Made by a program: the position numbers and the translations under genes. This document shows positions 51,801 to 59,524 of a DNA stretch of 64,000 nt, piece after piece. The notes beneath the pieces are model-generated. The model worked only from the letters and a program-made list of their open reading frames with translations, had not been told where the DNA came from and ran no database searches. Every line of letters starts with the position of its first letter. Position 1 is the stretch's first letter. Source of the DNA: a virus. The stretch spans positions 3,173 to 67,172 of IMG/VR virus record IMGVR_UViG_3300040770_000181, one strand, 5' to 3'.

Positions 51801-53921
51801 ATCTTCCAACACAGCCATTGTATTCACTCCAGCAACTGCAAGTTCAGAGTTTAGTTCTGGTAATCTTCTATCGTAGTCCATAACTTTTGAACCAGCATAT
51901 ACAAGTTTTTCTATAACAGCATCTGAGTAAACTCTTTCTCCTGTTTCTTTATTTACAACACCTGAATATTTTAACGTAGCAGCATCATACATTTTAGAAG
52001 CATGTGCAGCATGAGTTTCTATATTAGCTAACCTAGCAAGGAAAGATTCCTTAGTATCCAAAGCTGTAGCAACTTCTGTTTGTTGTAACCCTACAAAGTT
52101 TTCTATAGCAGCTAATCTAAGATCTGCTATTTCTGAAGCTATTGCATCTTTAGCACCATATTTTAAACGAGTGGCTATAAAGTTATGGGCATAATCAAAT
52201 TCAAGATCTTTAGATTCTAAAATATCTCCTCTTCTAATTGCAGCTTCTCTATCAGCTTGTATACTTTCTGCAGCAACAACATTACGATAAGCATCTATCA
52301 TCTTATCTTTTATTCTTGTTTTGTTCAAAGCTACTATAGATGTTTCTCTATCTATAGATTCTTGTCCACCATATCCAGTAAAACCTCTTTCACCTATTTT
52401 TCCAGTTTGTCCAAAAGAAGGCAAACCATTTTTTACTCCAACAATACCTGAAGATTGTAAAGCTCCAGAAAATGCTCCAGTAAATATATTAAGAGTACCT
52501 TCTCCTGTAGTTAAAGCTTCTTTAACACCAAACAATAAACCATCTGCTAAAGCAGAAGGAGTTTCATTACGGTATTTTTTATCAAAATAATGCTGAGTAC
52601 CTGTTTGAATAGCAAACTGTGCTCCTTCTTCAAAACCTTCTGAAGTGTTAAAAAACAAAGAAGCAACATTTTTAGCTTGATACATTCTTTTCCCAAATCC
52701 TTTTGCTGCTAAAGAGGAAACATATTCTCCTTCTGCATTTCTAACAACATTATTTAATATGTTTTTTTCAGCTTTAAAAGAAGAAGAAAATATTTTAGGA
52801 AGTTGTATGTAGTTAGTTGCTGTTAATAAAGCAGTATTTAAACCAAAACTCCAATCACCAACTTCTGCAGCAGCTCTATTAATTTCTTCTAACTCCATTC
52901 CGTCTGGAGCATAACCATATTTTTCAGTAAAGTCAGCAATTTTCTCAGCTCTAAATTGTTGAGAGTTACCCAAAGCTTCCATACCAGCTTCACCAAATGT
53001 ACCAAACGTTGCAACAATAGCCCGATCAGATTGCATTAAACCTTTACCAATGTTAACTTTTGCACCACCCCAAAGGTTTTCAAGTGCTGAAGTTGTTCTT
53101 GCCATTCTTTCAGCAGCAGGAAGCAATGAAGCTTCAGCAATAGCAGTGTCAGCAGATGCAGCAAGTTTAGACCCTGCTCCCATTAACTTACCTGTTAATC
53201 CAATTGCTTTTAATGCACCACCCCAAGCAAAACCTGAAGCCATTGCACCTACAGAAAATCCTAAGTTTTTAATAATATTATCAAATAAAAAGTTACCAGA
53301 AAATACATTAGCTGGTTCCCACCAATCTCCTGTTCTTTCTCTTTCTGTTTTATAATGAGCAAAGCTGTCTTCCATCTCTGCTGTAACATTATTAAGATAA
53401 TTAGTAAGGTCATTATTATAAAATGATTCTACTTTACCATCTTCTGCTGCTTTAGCTATCCCATAAACAAGTCCTGCTGTACCATTAACAAAAGTAGTAG
53501 TAGCAATTCCTGCCATTTTAACAACACCATTAACTGCTTTTTGGCCAAGAGTTTGTCCTCCTGCATATGCAGTTTCATTATCAATTCCTTTATATGTTAA
53601 AGGATATCTGTTAGATAATTGATTTGTATTAATTGTAAATTTAGTAGTATCTTCTGCTGAACCATTAGCTCTTGCCATACTTTCAGCAATAGAGTCTGTT
53701 TTTATATTTGCATTGTTAGACTGCCCTCTAATAGGTCTTGGGCCTGCACTTGATCTTTGAGCAGGTTGAGTGGTATCCATACTACCAGCATCTCCTACAT
53801 TTGTACCTCTTTCTCCTAACCAAGCGTCAAATCCACTATCAGTGGATGCAGGGGTTAGTGATGGTGTTGCTGGACTTAGTAATTGTAAATCTTGTGGTGT
53901 CAATAAGTTTTCTTCTTCCAT
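39882..53921 (-). CDS. Giant virion polyprotein containing the crAss-like virion RNA polymerase
   Basis: AGSDFDIDKL catalytic motif (DFDID at 43293-43307) preceded by RIPTQ; KPITRG, HKFA, SKVG and KISGG motifs; 4679 aa. Confidence 0.88.
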   Translation of the reverse strand: MEEENLLTPQDLQLLSPATPSLTPASTDSGFDAWLGERGTNVGDAGSMDTTQPAQRSSAGPRPIRGQSNNANIKTDSIAESMARANGSAEDTTKFTINTNQLSNRYPLTYKGIDNETAYAGGQTLGQKAVNGVVKMAGIATTTFVNGTAGLVYGIAKAAEDGKVESFYNNDLTNYLNNVTAEMEDSFAHYKTERERTGDWWEPANVFSGNFLFDNIIKNLGFSVGAMASGFAWGGALKAIGLTGKLMGAGSKLAASADTAIAEASLLPAAERMARTTSALENLWGGAKVNIGKGLMQSDRAIVATFGTFGEAGMEALGNSQQFRAEKIADFTEKYGYAPDGMELEEINRAAAEVGDWSFGLNTALLTATNYIQLPKIFSSSFKAEKNILNNVVRNAEGEYVSSLAAKGFGKRMYQAKNVASLFFNTSEGFEEGAQFAIQTGTQHYFDKKYRNETPSALADGLLFGVKEALTTGEGTLNIFTGAFSGALQSSGIVGVKNGLPSFGQTGKIGERGFTGYGGQESIDRETSIVALNKTRIKDKMIDAYRNVVAAESIQADREAAIRRGDILESKDLEFDYAHNFIATRLKYGAKDAIASEIADLRLAAIENFVGLQQTEVATALDTKESFLARLANIETHAAHASKMYDAATLKYSGVVNKETGERVYSDAVIEKLVYAGSKVMDYDRRLPELNSELAVAGVNTMAVLEDVMVSGIPSEESIKGALADVADSDTLDKDDLKVALQDVIELAMRRREFVKEYQDIKNKPENYTEKPAGEKKLAEETPKEKITIKTKNGDRQVEIGTEYALGKTIAYTAKGAAVFSQPRLTVLGKNEDGTIKIKGSNGVIRDVSEAEFNSYSLTKSSEMLANPKYKFLEANQNKIYKNYNIKDSKGQPVRGRLEYNHAKDRLTFAYVDDNGVVQRKEVWNNQFVAQKDYKQAMLVAVGELTAAEQTALVEFGKAKTTVSERLKVRNSIISDLYTNGVKRVEEITKKLERNKERFEKEKAALEEIRDREQAKGDLTAKGTVRKRPNVILRRTIAALADLHTTVEAETKTLKEEKEDLESNIPFFKDFLDTLETLPESGRDMIKQLKDDINVLDDVIKITSDAIKSNESLLKQIEDTLQRTLSIFNDYIKRIKEDNPNVPLSIDALQANLEKMLGEEGAQYFIDNKQGFTAQVLELEADLNDFYEELGIPKLNAQLEKVIEEIADLDKGIDKLINEQIAKAEILAAFEQYAADIETLRLEAIKMQENEELKKSFLGTLMNSVQNFFGTRPYEAAPKKTDMQVVTSTKPVDDGKPHQKRANIFGNNLHTFKNRDEIRGQVVTNKTENDVIPGLVEHLMSDLSAKDRAKYSNDDVIVLVMTDEEGFPVDQEGVRIPEGGDAINNGIYQVFPAAELKGNYYNAAGQKVYGSMFRDDTHPDDVAVLEKRYKEWRDEQLALTDAPYSEAITASFGIPELVTTTDSKGITTVPSDARTSAEDAGLITQDTLRQNKVVEVASTGDTVDENNVIFESPKGRVFLRIAGVGMAKLFNRKFNSTEAETMFDVMLQITKNTMKQGEISEDSKELFDWLKTVVYWGIAKYPDGRRKDAGYNNIWFESAQNEEGKMVQKLFMSGLNKDSQKAFDFTPSGLLERKTDILYLLNNMYLNTNSSVVNKSDAVNIPYIQITGVNSDGSVNKVVWQNYQSYLLSNKTPDGKNRSAKEIPLATQFRPISEDQPTNRKAIYFTLDGNKERFDIPVRTKTAPTATKPAVTVTVTPTVTPTVTPTPTASTVVFDGVTENIYNNATIGNVYFTIDAAFNVEVNKEKSLPAIEIQSTGTSQDEINFAYSVIKKSLAKKYREEKEAADKAAEKATQKSPAEILAEKINVLVNERKNDKVVQKAIRDSNQQLITLEALDAAMKAWDDANGLTALVAEYDALTRPAPVTPVFVMDGLNTISHPVFGNLVFTIAPTGKVTLDLDQTLPAIIKLSLTYPVAPADMNKTEEQQRDIAQQKAASVFIKSIEAKVEPFVKASQMPNQPAVADPPVGQAAPVTVLDAGDDIPPPTPVNDDNYRLVQEYVSQTIPPENWAQVEEFIKANFPNVPVYRVKNIIQATNGRQAWGMLHDGAIYIYENAEAGTAYHEVFEAVWKMFTGPADKQTIIDEFRDRKGTYIDRFTGERIAYSVATNEQLKEELAEEFRDFVMTGKIADRKKGGSLISRMFSELVAFIKEFFTGEAALSNTQKLFSKIGNGYYKDYNPYTSGLSYANKGIIDVANATGDATSAFRVVGIPEVQFHDIIQHMTYSTLANMIKDDKSVFTIESINKTELYTRLKAEVLNLISIKRTTAISADDIIGANNFTTLYRTVSAQWDNIVKEHVLNLKSYSVDFDENDEIVLEDDSASTTGKGEYDGADKIDSFRKSNSAIKLMLGTLPEKQLIDGVLKNKPSSIGGRTLLPADKVYIDLVSELHNSVNIEDMFKKLNGMAMKNDNYSLLYSRMTGKKPGTTLNLADIKAHDFQLIASFWKSMKKQNADIVTVFVLGDGSVVIGDTTLNNASKQQKRELISKMSQTIKQDQSPFFTYNKENYKFYASAKLKALPEFNVKAPEGYVNFLKNLGINITLRDVKFNLDDTQRALFFEAVTKIKESLVVIGDPQMITDANGKQTEGDSAITVVNARTLNIDKRLSQLSVVLAILDKPDHESTYFNINGERSQTFIGTNVVSDLHNTLSKMKSISELDGTAYKYLLTDSFTKGSVLLGKMFDLIGNGGRKQGTNDLLKVTIIDGTNNESTGKKKQSSKQSIKERIVQEINLNISGKYANLVPGDASLEYFVKMHTADSPFVSNATYKLDKHKEIFRDYFFAEVNLAKEKRNIPSVKGRNTTDLRFFKSILGDALHNEIMSTANSKYSAEQLYYGYGKGAAFKGYQAKIDAAVQAFIEKEANETADLLAQYQITEYTEDGFVVKELLFNEMENLTPETLLQELRLLAANYMISNIELHKIIYSDPYQYKDELKRIKNFNSPGQPLISNSSVVNTSLNKLYNEDKGYAEGDIGHTDMLRDHFRTITAEDVLSVNDLQDYDDAYEETDGGGYITLKANRVFKLRDGSWTEANERQYMFDIAYEKNVKGIKLSDEEKVLFKAGNPEIKSTYTPIKPITRGSKDNGRNYNDIVLHKFALVPLSFRILHIMNPNSNAIKLYNKMQKEDIDYAVFASGSKVGTEKVSPLYTSTGAFDETPFQSQEELDGTLKTSDLRAVSKIPFSIVAVQSEVPSKDTPMVTQGSQITKLATMDFLEAGVPVDFKIFDKEGKKIEDFDLRFAAWMEVGTEEAKEIASPLYKEIKHNQALLEAKTIEGYNSLLKKLGLVESTVDGKKQYTIKDRTKLIDTLRDEIIKREVNYNLLDAFEGFEKGHVVLEATPVYQQIRNILYSIADKNIVRPKISGGMKVQVSSALLEENRVVTGELNGKPVYSSDVLKFYEDEDGKRYCEVMVGRWFKSKKTDAELLAYFNNSPEGQKELAALAGIAYRIPTQKQNSIDVFKIKKFLPKEFGDSVIIPSALVKKAGSDFDIDKLSMYLKNLFSDNAGRLKVVPFFGIGDKAKEQYGKLYDAGYFDDYVAGIKDSLPLGSMEDALMESMFPEEYSTQREDVIDTLYKKSLENEYIQSLENLVSHESNFASLVKPNDASSLKALSEDIQKQMGNVKIDYTSVGNMLSRKFMTGLRHAFVSGKQAIGIAAVAQTGHAQRQRSLTYIDLDRLNGDLIDDADKIILGGTTNSNVFATNPNINFQEYNSAMVNGKRRPILSRIKDAAGDFISDVNGMFIDGYVDISKGPWIMELGATPNVTSTWLFLSDLGVPIKTVAYFMNQPIIRDYLANIENKGYSWLFIDSIATETMDEYKTTKVMEVLGIPSEQELYKMLPFNKKENRDNMDDVQKLQQQYILKEFLKYAKMSSHMFNVTQGTNHDTANFNDPYLVFKKRIQLERAKKTIISSVTDILESSFVGPLTETINDFRDAFAQILISDKPKIRAVMESVLLPYVNLNDRDFVKVSQKAVNDMFDWAIQTSPEFVQNIKSVLLGSETEKSSSVKIIDYIDTILGNELKGIKPNTEHPLFGNIIVNSLKMDSGENQGKVNNLYLAGRDNKVYDQNLVIYGFNELREHLKSENKDLYAQLVRVALLQSGLNKSKISFTTLLPYNDFQKIYNETLSNLENISNLAEFSNLNVFERENYSNTDIVPVRRAKLLQSMYDDRLYNPDESIDLKLKDAVKKGQLPKIIAISPFTSEGRNDFITYSSETYVGKAEKARRRKVGDYSHIHRVLLQKVYTTNDKGEKVPLMQVTESKMTGKITRKFLFKAINAWGDSFRAQEFYDTKRESALDNGYDKVIETRDATGKLLTSAEVEDSVIENILGLSVEQPTQTVDPAIMAAAKEAARVASAAVVAAKSRLEMQPDNIAKIKAGTKTITNRSTELQSGTYTLPDGTEVTLTPLGMGKVVGDVIRFIAGSTMAKDDLAKGEGFTDWAEFERDNKFSKNFINGTQSRHFYNVVVVSKVSGIPQGGTDIVGLNERLDAYGFTRLVLPSNYYEGTRPVGRLNSFKDSIKQVSDNMQVLMDVDFNEFDFISSEDKQKLIDLRPKVAQFAKLNMAISTNATRTAAIEKRYAELSNEVLNEFVSIIGKHVESQLGKTLTTSQELIEETWQEELNDDSCTPF

Positions 53922-53923
53922 GA

Positions 53924-56722
53924 TTATAGTCCATTGTTTATTAAATTGTCGAGCATTGCTTTGTTATTTATATCTGATGTAATCCATTTAGTTGCGTCAT
54001 CTGCACTTGTAAAACGGTTAGGGGTTATATCTCCTTTGTTTGCTTTAGCAGGAACACCTATTACGCCAGCGTTTGTTTTTACATATAAGTATACACCATG
54101 TCCTCCTCCGTCTAATTTAACAACTTCTGCTCCTAAAACATTTGTTGAATTAAATTTTTCTTGGAACATACTACCAGGAATCATAGCTCCCTTATAAGCA
54201 TCAGGATGATTTGGTTTAAGTTTACCTGCATTTGTAGTACCAGCAACTCCACTTGCTTGTAAGCGTCTGGCTGTTGCTGAAGGGCCTGCAGGAACATCAA
54301 TAATAGACCCTTTTAAATAATTAGCTTCCATAGAGCTAATAGGAATAGATTTTACTAAACCTGCTGCATTATATAAGTTTAAAGAGAAATCTTCTTTTTT
54401 ACTAAAGGCTCCACCTCTATCTATTTGTATTTGTGTAGAAAAGTTTTTTTCATCTGTGTACAAACTATTAAAAGCATCCAAACCTCCTGTGTCTTTGTGA
54501 TTGTTTAAAACTAATTTTACTCTATCATTAGTAGATTCTCTTTCTGCTCCTTTTGCATCTTTATTATAAATAGTATAAGCTAGTGGTTGTGGAGTAATAG
54601 AATTATCTGATAAATATTTTTCTTGGGCTGCAAGAACATTAGCAAATTTTTGACTGTTAACTGTTGCAACAGCTTTAACTAAAGAAGGATTAGCAGGAGT
54701 TAATTGTCCAGAACTTTGTCCTAAACCTGTAACACCCATTAATTGATCAACACTCACTCCAAATTTTTGAGTAAGAGAAGCAGATGCTCTTTCATATTGT
54801 TTTTTTTCACTATCAGTTCTTGTAATAGTTCTTGCTGTACCAATAACTCCTCCTTGCATTCTTTGTACAATTGCTAAGTTTACTGCATCTGTTGCAGTGA
54901 CTGTTGCTTTTAATTGTTTACGTGGTTGAAACAGTCCACGATTGGTTGGAAAAAATGTAGCATTGTCTTCTTCATAAAGAGTAATTTCAAATGGTTTGTA
55001 TCCTTTACTTATTGATTCAACGTTAACTTCCTTTCCACCTGCAGCAACAACTAATGGATCGTTATTCATATTTGAATTTACAGAATCTGATTCATGTAAA
55101 TTAGCTTCTGCCTGTTGTGCTAAAGGTATTTTTGTTAGTAGTCCTGAATAAAGAGGGTTTGCTACTAATGCTTTATTAGATGATACTTTTATTGCTCGGT
55201 CATACATTCTAACCATATACCCAGGCGCTGATTTTTCATAAGCTGCCATTTGTTTTCTTACTTGATCTGGTGTAGGTGTTTTTCCATTTCCAAAATTTAA
55301 AGCAGATATATACTCAGCAACAACATCTCCTTGAATTTTTTTAAAGTCAGATGCAATATCTTCTGTTGATTGCATAAAATAACCAACATTAGATTGATAA
55401 GGAGTTCCTCCTGGAATTGCATCTCCAACAGTTGTTGGTTTTAATTTATTATTTGGATTAGTTTTATCATTGTCCCATTTAGTCTGTGCTAAATTTGTGT
55501 TCATCCTTCCTGTTTCAGCATTATAATTAGCTGTAGCATTAGAAGCCCATCCTCTTGCAGATGCATCTTTTTGTGCCCAGTCATCTCTTGCAGCTTGTAA
55601 CCTAGCTTGAGCAGCTTCATAAGGAACATTCTTCATAATTTCTGAAGTATATTGTTCAGTCACTCCACTCTTCATATAATTGTTTCTAACAGACATAATT
55701 TCTAAAGCAGCTTTATATCCTTCAACAGAACCAAACTGTGCAGCTTCTGTTTCTTTAGCTAATGTTTCTTCTCCAATACTAATAACTCTTGCTTCGATTG
55801 CAGAAACAGCTGATTGATAAGCTAGTTTTTCTTGAGGAGTTGTTACCTCTGTTGCCTTTTCCATTAGTTCAATTTTTCTTGCTTCTAATGTTTCAATTGC
55901 TGATGCTTTTTCTCTTTCATATTTTTGTATAAAAGAATTAATATCAGAGTAGCCTCTGTAATTATATATACCACGCATGGTTAATTCCTGCTTTGCTTCA
56001 GGTCTTTGTAAAACACCATCAATAGCAGCAGCAACATTTTGACTAAATCTACCTTCTTTTTTTTCTCTAATAGCGTAATCAGAAAGAATAGGCTGACCTT
56101 TAGAGTCATGCATAATTCTTTTATTTTCATCCATTCTAAATACATTATCTGCGCTCCATTTACTTTCTCCAACAGCTTTAATTGCTTCTAGCATATTTTT
56201 ATCTATGTCCCAAGATTGATCATACTTACCATTAAAAGCAACAGCAGATCCATCTTCTTCAAGAAGATTAGTATTATTATAATATTTGCTACGCTTTAAA
56301 CCATAATAGTATTCTGCATGAGGAGTAAGTTTACCTTCCTTTTTATCAGATTCCATCTGGGCTACTTGTTTTCTATCGTTTGCAGTAGATGATACAGCAG
56401 ATCTAATGATACTATCATTTGCTATATTTTTAATCATACTAGTAGTAGAATTCTGTAATTGAAAATTAGAAAAATCTCCACCAGCAATTCCTTTTAAACG
56501 ATTACCTGTATCATTTAATTTAGATTGAATATAAGATTTATCTACATCTCTACCTATGTCAAGACCAGCAACTTGATCAATACTTTCTTGTATTTTTTGG
56601 TATCCTTCATTGTATTGTTGTTGCTTCTGCATACCAACTTTAACCATTGCATCAATGGGTTGTTGTTCTACATAAGGGTTAAAGGTGGAGAGAGCTTGTG
56701 TATTATCTGTAAATGAAGCCAT
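53924..56722 (-). CDS. Virion ejection/cargo protein (vRNAP-associated)
   Basis: 932 aa immediately upstream of the vRNAP gene, as in crAss-like gene triads; no catalytic motif recognised. Confidence 0.55.
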   Translation of the reverse strand: MASFTDNTQALSTFNPYVEQQPIDAMVKVGMQKQQQYNEGYQKIQESIDQVAGLDIGRDVDKSYIQSKLNDTGNRLKGIAGGDFSNFQLQNSTTSMIKNIANDSIIRSAVSSTANDRKQVAQMESDKKEGKLTPHAEYYYGLKRSKYYNNTNLLEEDGSAVAFNGKYDQSWDIDKNMLEAIKAVGESKWSADNVFRMDENKRIMHDSKGQPILSDYAIREKKEGRFSQNVAAAIDGVLQRPEAKQELTMRGIYNYRGYSDINSFIQKYEREKASAIETLEARKIELMEKATEVTTPQEKLAYQSAVSAIEARVISIGEETLAKETEAAQFGSVEGYKAALEIMSVRNNYMKSGVTEQYTSEIMKNVPYEAAQARLQAARDDWAQKDASARGWASNATANYNAETGRMNTNLAQTKWDNDKTNPNNKLKPTTVGDAIPGGTPYQSNVGYFMQSTEDIASDFKKIQGDVVAEYISALNFGNGKTPTPDQVRKQMAAYEKSAPGYMVRMYDRAIKVSSNKALVANPLYSGLLTKIPLAQQAEANLHESDSVNSNMNNDPLVVAAGGKEVNVESISKGYKPFEITLYEEDNATFFPTNRGLFQPRKQLKATVTATDAVNLAIVQRMQGGVIGTARTITRTDSEKKQYERASASLTQKFGVSVDQLMGVTGLGQSSGQLTPANPSLVKAVATVNSQKFANVLAAQEKYLSDNSITPQPLAYTIYNKDAKGAERESTNDRVKLVLNNHKDTGGLDAFNSLYTDEKNFSTQIQIDRGGAFSKKEDFSLNLYNAAGLVKSIPISSMEANYLKGSIIDVPAGPSATARRLQASGVAGTTNAGKLKPNHPDAYKGAMIPGSMFQEKFNSTNVLGAEVVKLDGGGHGVYLYVKTNAGVIGVPAKANKGDITPNRFTSADDATKWITSDINNKAMLDNLINNGL

Positions 56723-56738
56723 AGTCTATATTGTTTAA

Positions 56739-56769
56739 CAAAAGTAATAGAAAAAATTAGAACTACCAA
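56739..56769 (-). promoter_or_regulatory. Promoter TTG-N20-TACTTTTG driving the cargo/vRNAP operon
   Basis: -7 at 56739-56746 and -33 TTG at 56767-56769; identical architecture to the 22169 promoter. Confidence 0.75.
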
Positions 56770-56794
56770 GTTTATTAGTTAGACTTGGTAATTC
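56751..56794 (-). terminator. Putative terminator of the upstream structural operon, overlapping the promoter
   Basis: GAATTACCAAGT/ACTTGGTAGTTC 12-bp stem (one mismatch) followed on the minus strand by TAATTTTTT. Confidence 0.55.
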
Positions 56795-56810
56795 TTTATA
56801 ATTAAGTTAG

Positions 56811-59519
56811 TTACATTCTTTTTAGTGATCTTAAAATAGCACCATTACGTCCTACAATGGTTTCTGCTTTTGCTGCTTTTGCTGCATCTGCTTTAGCACT
56901 ATCTTTTAAAATTTTTAGTCTTGCATTAAGTATAGCTTGCTGATCAGCATTGTTTCCTGTTCCACCTTTATAAGTTGTATCAAATTGAGCTAATGGATTT
57001 TCATTAATTGCTCTATAATTTTTATCAAATCTATAGTTATACATATTCTCATATGTTTGTAGTGTTCTGTTCTCTAATGCATTTTTAGAATATTTATCAG
57101 CTATAGAACTTAATGCAGCTTGCGTAATTGCTTTAGTGTTAGATTTAGCTTGTGATTGTCTAATGTATTGTTGATCATATAATCCAATATTCTTTAATTG
57201 AGCATCATTCATAGTGGCTCTGTTTTGTGAATACACTTGATCTTTTTTAGACTGATTCATTCTAAACTCGTCTGCTCCCACTTTTTGATTAGCAGCATAT
57301 TTTTGAGCATTTAACTGTGCCTGAAATGCAGGATTACCCTGACCCATTCTTTGTGCTGCTCTGTAATCAGCTTGATTTTCATTACGAATATCTTGCAATG
57401 AAATGTCAAAAGGAACATCTAACTGTGGTTGATAAGACTGTGCTTGTACAGGATCTAATTGATTATTAGATAATGCATACATTTCTCCTGCTAGTTGACG
57501 AGGATTTAATTGTTCAGTATCATTAGTTCTTAAAAAAGGAAGTGCTCTATTAAATAAATCCATATAAGGGTCACGCTTGTTTGCTTCCACTGCATCTATT
57601 GGAGGGTTTGCTCTTTCATCAGGTTGATCAGCACCAACTGGTACAGGCTGTGCTACTGGTGTTGCTGCTGCTTTAGGTTTACCTAAAGTTGACATATATT
57701 TCATTGTTCTTGTTCCCCAAAGACTATCTTCATTACTAGCTAAATTTTTAGAAAGATTTTGTGCTTTACCATAAGTTGTTAAAGGCTCAGAATCAATAAC
57801 TGCTTGAGCATACTTAGGAGCAGATTTATGATATTCTTTTTGAAACGCTAAAACATCTGCTTTACTTCTTGATTTTTCTGCTGTGTTGTATAAAGCAGAT
57901 ATTTTATCATATGTAGCTTGATCTACTTCTGGAAGCGGATCTGTAATTTTTGGTAAATCTACACCTGCTTGTGCTTTAAATATGTCAGTGCCATACTTAG
58001 ATCCTTTAACTGGTTTTGCTTTTCTAATATGTCCTTTTGACAAATGAAAAGCATCTAACCCACGTTCTTCTGCTTCTTGATTAATAGCACTTTGAAGGTC
58101 TCCAGCTTTTGCTTTTTTAACAGCAATGTCTTGAAGTTGTGTATCAAATCCTTTTGCCATTGCTTTTCTAGTATTAAATTTTAATTCTTCTATAGAAGTT
58201 CTAGGAGAAGCATCACCTTCTTCTATAAAGTTCTTTTGACTACTTTTATTAATTTTGGCTTCTTCTTTAGAGAGTTTATCTACATATTTTTGAAATGATT
58301 TTCCAGAAGCTTTTGAATCTCCTAACAATGCTGCGTTTTCTTTTGATATTCTTAATGCTCCAAAAACAATACCATCACTAATAGGCTCATTATCTTGCAC
58401 CTCAACATCAGCACCACCTTCCATATGACCACCTTCTCCCATAACTTTAACTCCTATACCTGTTCTACCAGAACCATCAGACTCATCATGTGTATTACCA
58501 TTAGCCATATATGTAATTCCAGAACCTTCAGAATAAGGATTATGAGAAACTGCTTCTAGCTCTCCACCCCACTCAGTTTGATACTCTCCACCATTTTCAT
58601 AAGAAGGCATATCTCCACCACTAGCATACATAGGATATTCCCCCCCTTCTTCATACATAGGAAGCTCTGTTCCATTTTCAGCAAATGAACTATACTGTTG
58701 TTGTACTGCTTGCCCAAATTGATTTCCTTGCATGCCTGCTATATTTCTACCAGTAGCATCTGTAAACTTCTTTGTTTTTTCAGCACTTCTATCTATAAGA
58801 CCACCCGCAAGTGTAAGTAAAGGTTTAGCAACCATTTTAGCAATAGGACCTACACCAGGAATCATTCCCACTGCATCTCCTGCAACTGCTCCAAATTGTG
58901 AACCAGCATCATTTTTCATTAAAGCACTTGCGCCTCTAGAAGCCATACCACTTGCTTGCCCCATTTGTGTACTTGTTATGCCACCAAATTGTGCTTTACG
59001 TATATTGCCACCATATTCAGCAGAATCAATAGGATTAGAACCTACACCATATACAGGGAAAAATTCTTCTCCTGTATTCATAGTATCTTCTGGTCTAACA
59101 TATTTTCTTTCAATTTGCTCAGGTCTTGTTCTTGATGCAGCTAATTGAACATCAGTGACTCTGTTCATTTGCTTAGCTTCTTGTAATGTTCTTTTCTGTT
59201 GTTTAGCTGTAGCAAATGCTCCCGCTAACCCCTCAACTACATTACCAGCAGCCCCTAATTGCCCTGCAAAATCAAAACCTGCTTTAGGTGCTTGAGAATT
59301 AAAATTGTTATCACCATAATTTTGATTTGGGTTTTGAGAACCACCCAAGCCTCCTTCAAAAGGAACTACTCCTCCATATAATTCAAGATCATCTCCACCA
59401 TATTGCATCTGCTTAAGCTCTTTACCATACTTAGCTCTAAAACTTGCTTCGTCTGGAAATGCTTTATAAAAATCTTTTTCATTTTTATAACCAGCTATTT
59501 TCATCATTTGTGCTTTCAT
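56811..59519 (-). CDS. Virion internal/cargo protein with repeated xxxGG motifs
   Basis: 902 aa; QYGG, EYGG, AQFGG, YEEGG, YASGG, YENGG; Gly/Ala-rich hydrophobic segments; Gln-rich C-terminus. Confidence 0.6.
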   Translation of the reverse strand: MKAQMMKIAGYKNEKDFYKAFPDEASFRAKYGKELKQMQYGGDDLELYGGVVPFEGGLGGSQNPNQNYGDNNFNSQAPKAGFDFAGQLGAAGNVVEGLAGAFATAKQQKRTLQEAKQMNRVTDVQLAASRTRPEQIERKYVRPEDTMNTGEEFFPVYGVGSNPIDSAEYGGNIRKAQFGGITSTQMGQASGMASRGASALMKNDAGSQFGAVAGDAVGMIPGVGPIAKMVAKPLLTLAGGLIDRSAEKTKKFTDATGRNIAGMQGNQFGQAVQQQYSSFAENGTELPMYEEGGEYPMYASGGDMPSYENGGEYQTEWGGELEAVSHNPYSEGSGITYMANGNTHDESDGSGRTGIGVKVMGEGGHMEGGADVEVQDNEPISDGIVFGALRISKENAALLGDSKASGKSFQKYVDKLSKEEAKINKSSQKNFIEEGDASPRTSIEELKFNTRKAMAKGFDTQLQDIAVKKAKAGDLQSAINQEAEERGLDAFHLSKGHIRKAKPVKGSKYGTDIFKAQAGVDLPKITDPLPEVDQATYDKISALYNTAEKSRSKADVLAFQKEYHKSAPKYAQAVIDSEPLTTYGKAQNLSKNLASNEDSLWGTRTMKYMSTLGKPKAAATPVAQPVPVGADQPDERANPPIDAVEANKRDPYMDLFNRALPFLRTNDTEQLNPRQLAGEMYALSNNQLDPVQAQSYQPQLDVPFDISLQDIRNENQADYRAAQRMGQGNPAFQAQLNAQKYAANQKVGADEFRMNQSKKDQVYSQNRATMNDAQLKNIGLYDQQYIRQSQAKSNTKAITQAALSSIADKYSKNALENRTLQTYENMYNYRFDKNYRAINENPLAQFDTTYKGGTGNNADQQAILNARLKILKDSAKADAAKAAKAETIVGRNGAILRSLKRM

Positions 59520-59524
59520 AATAT

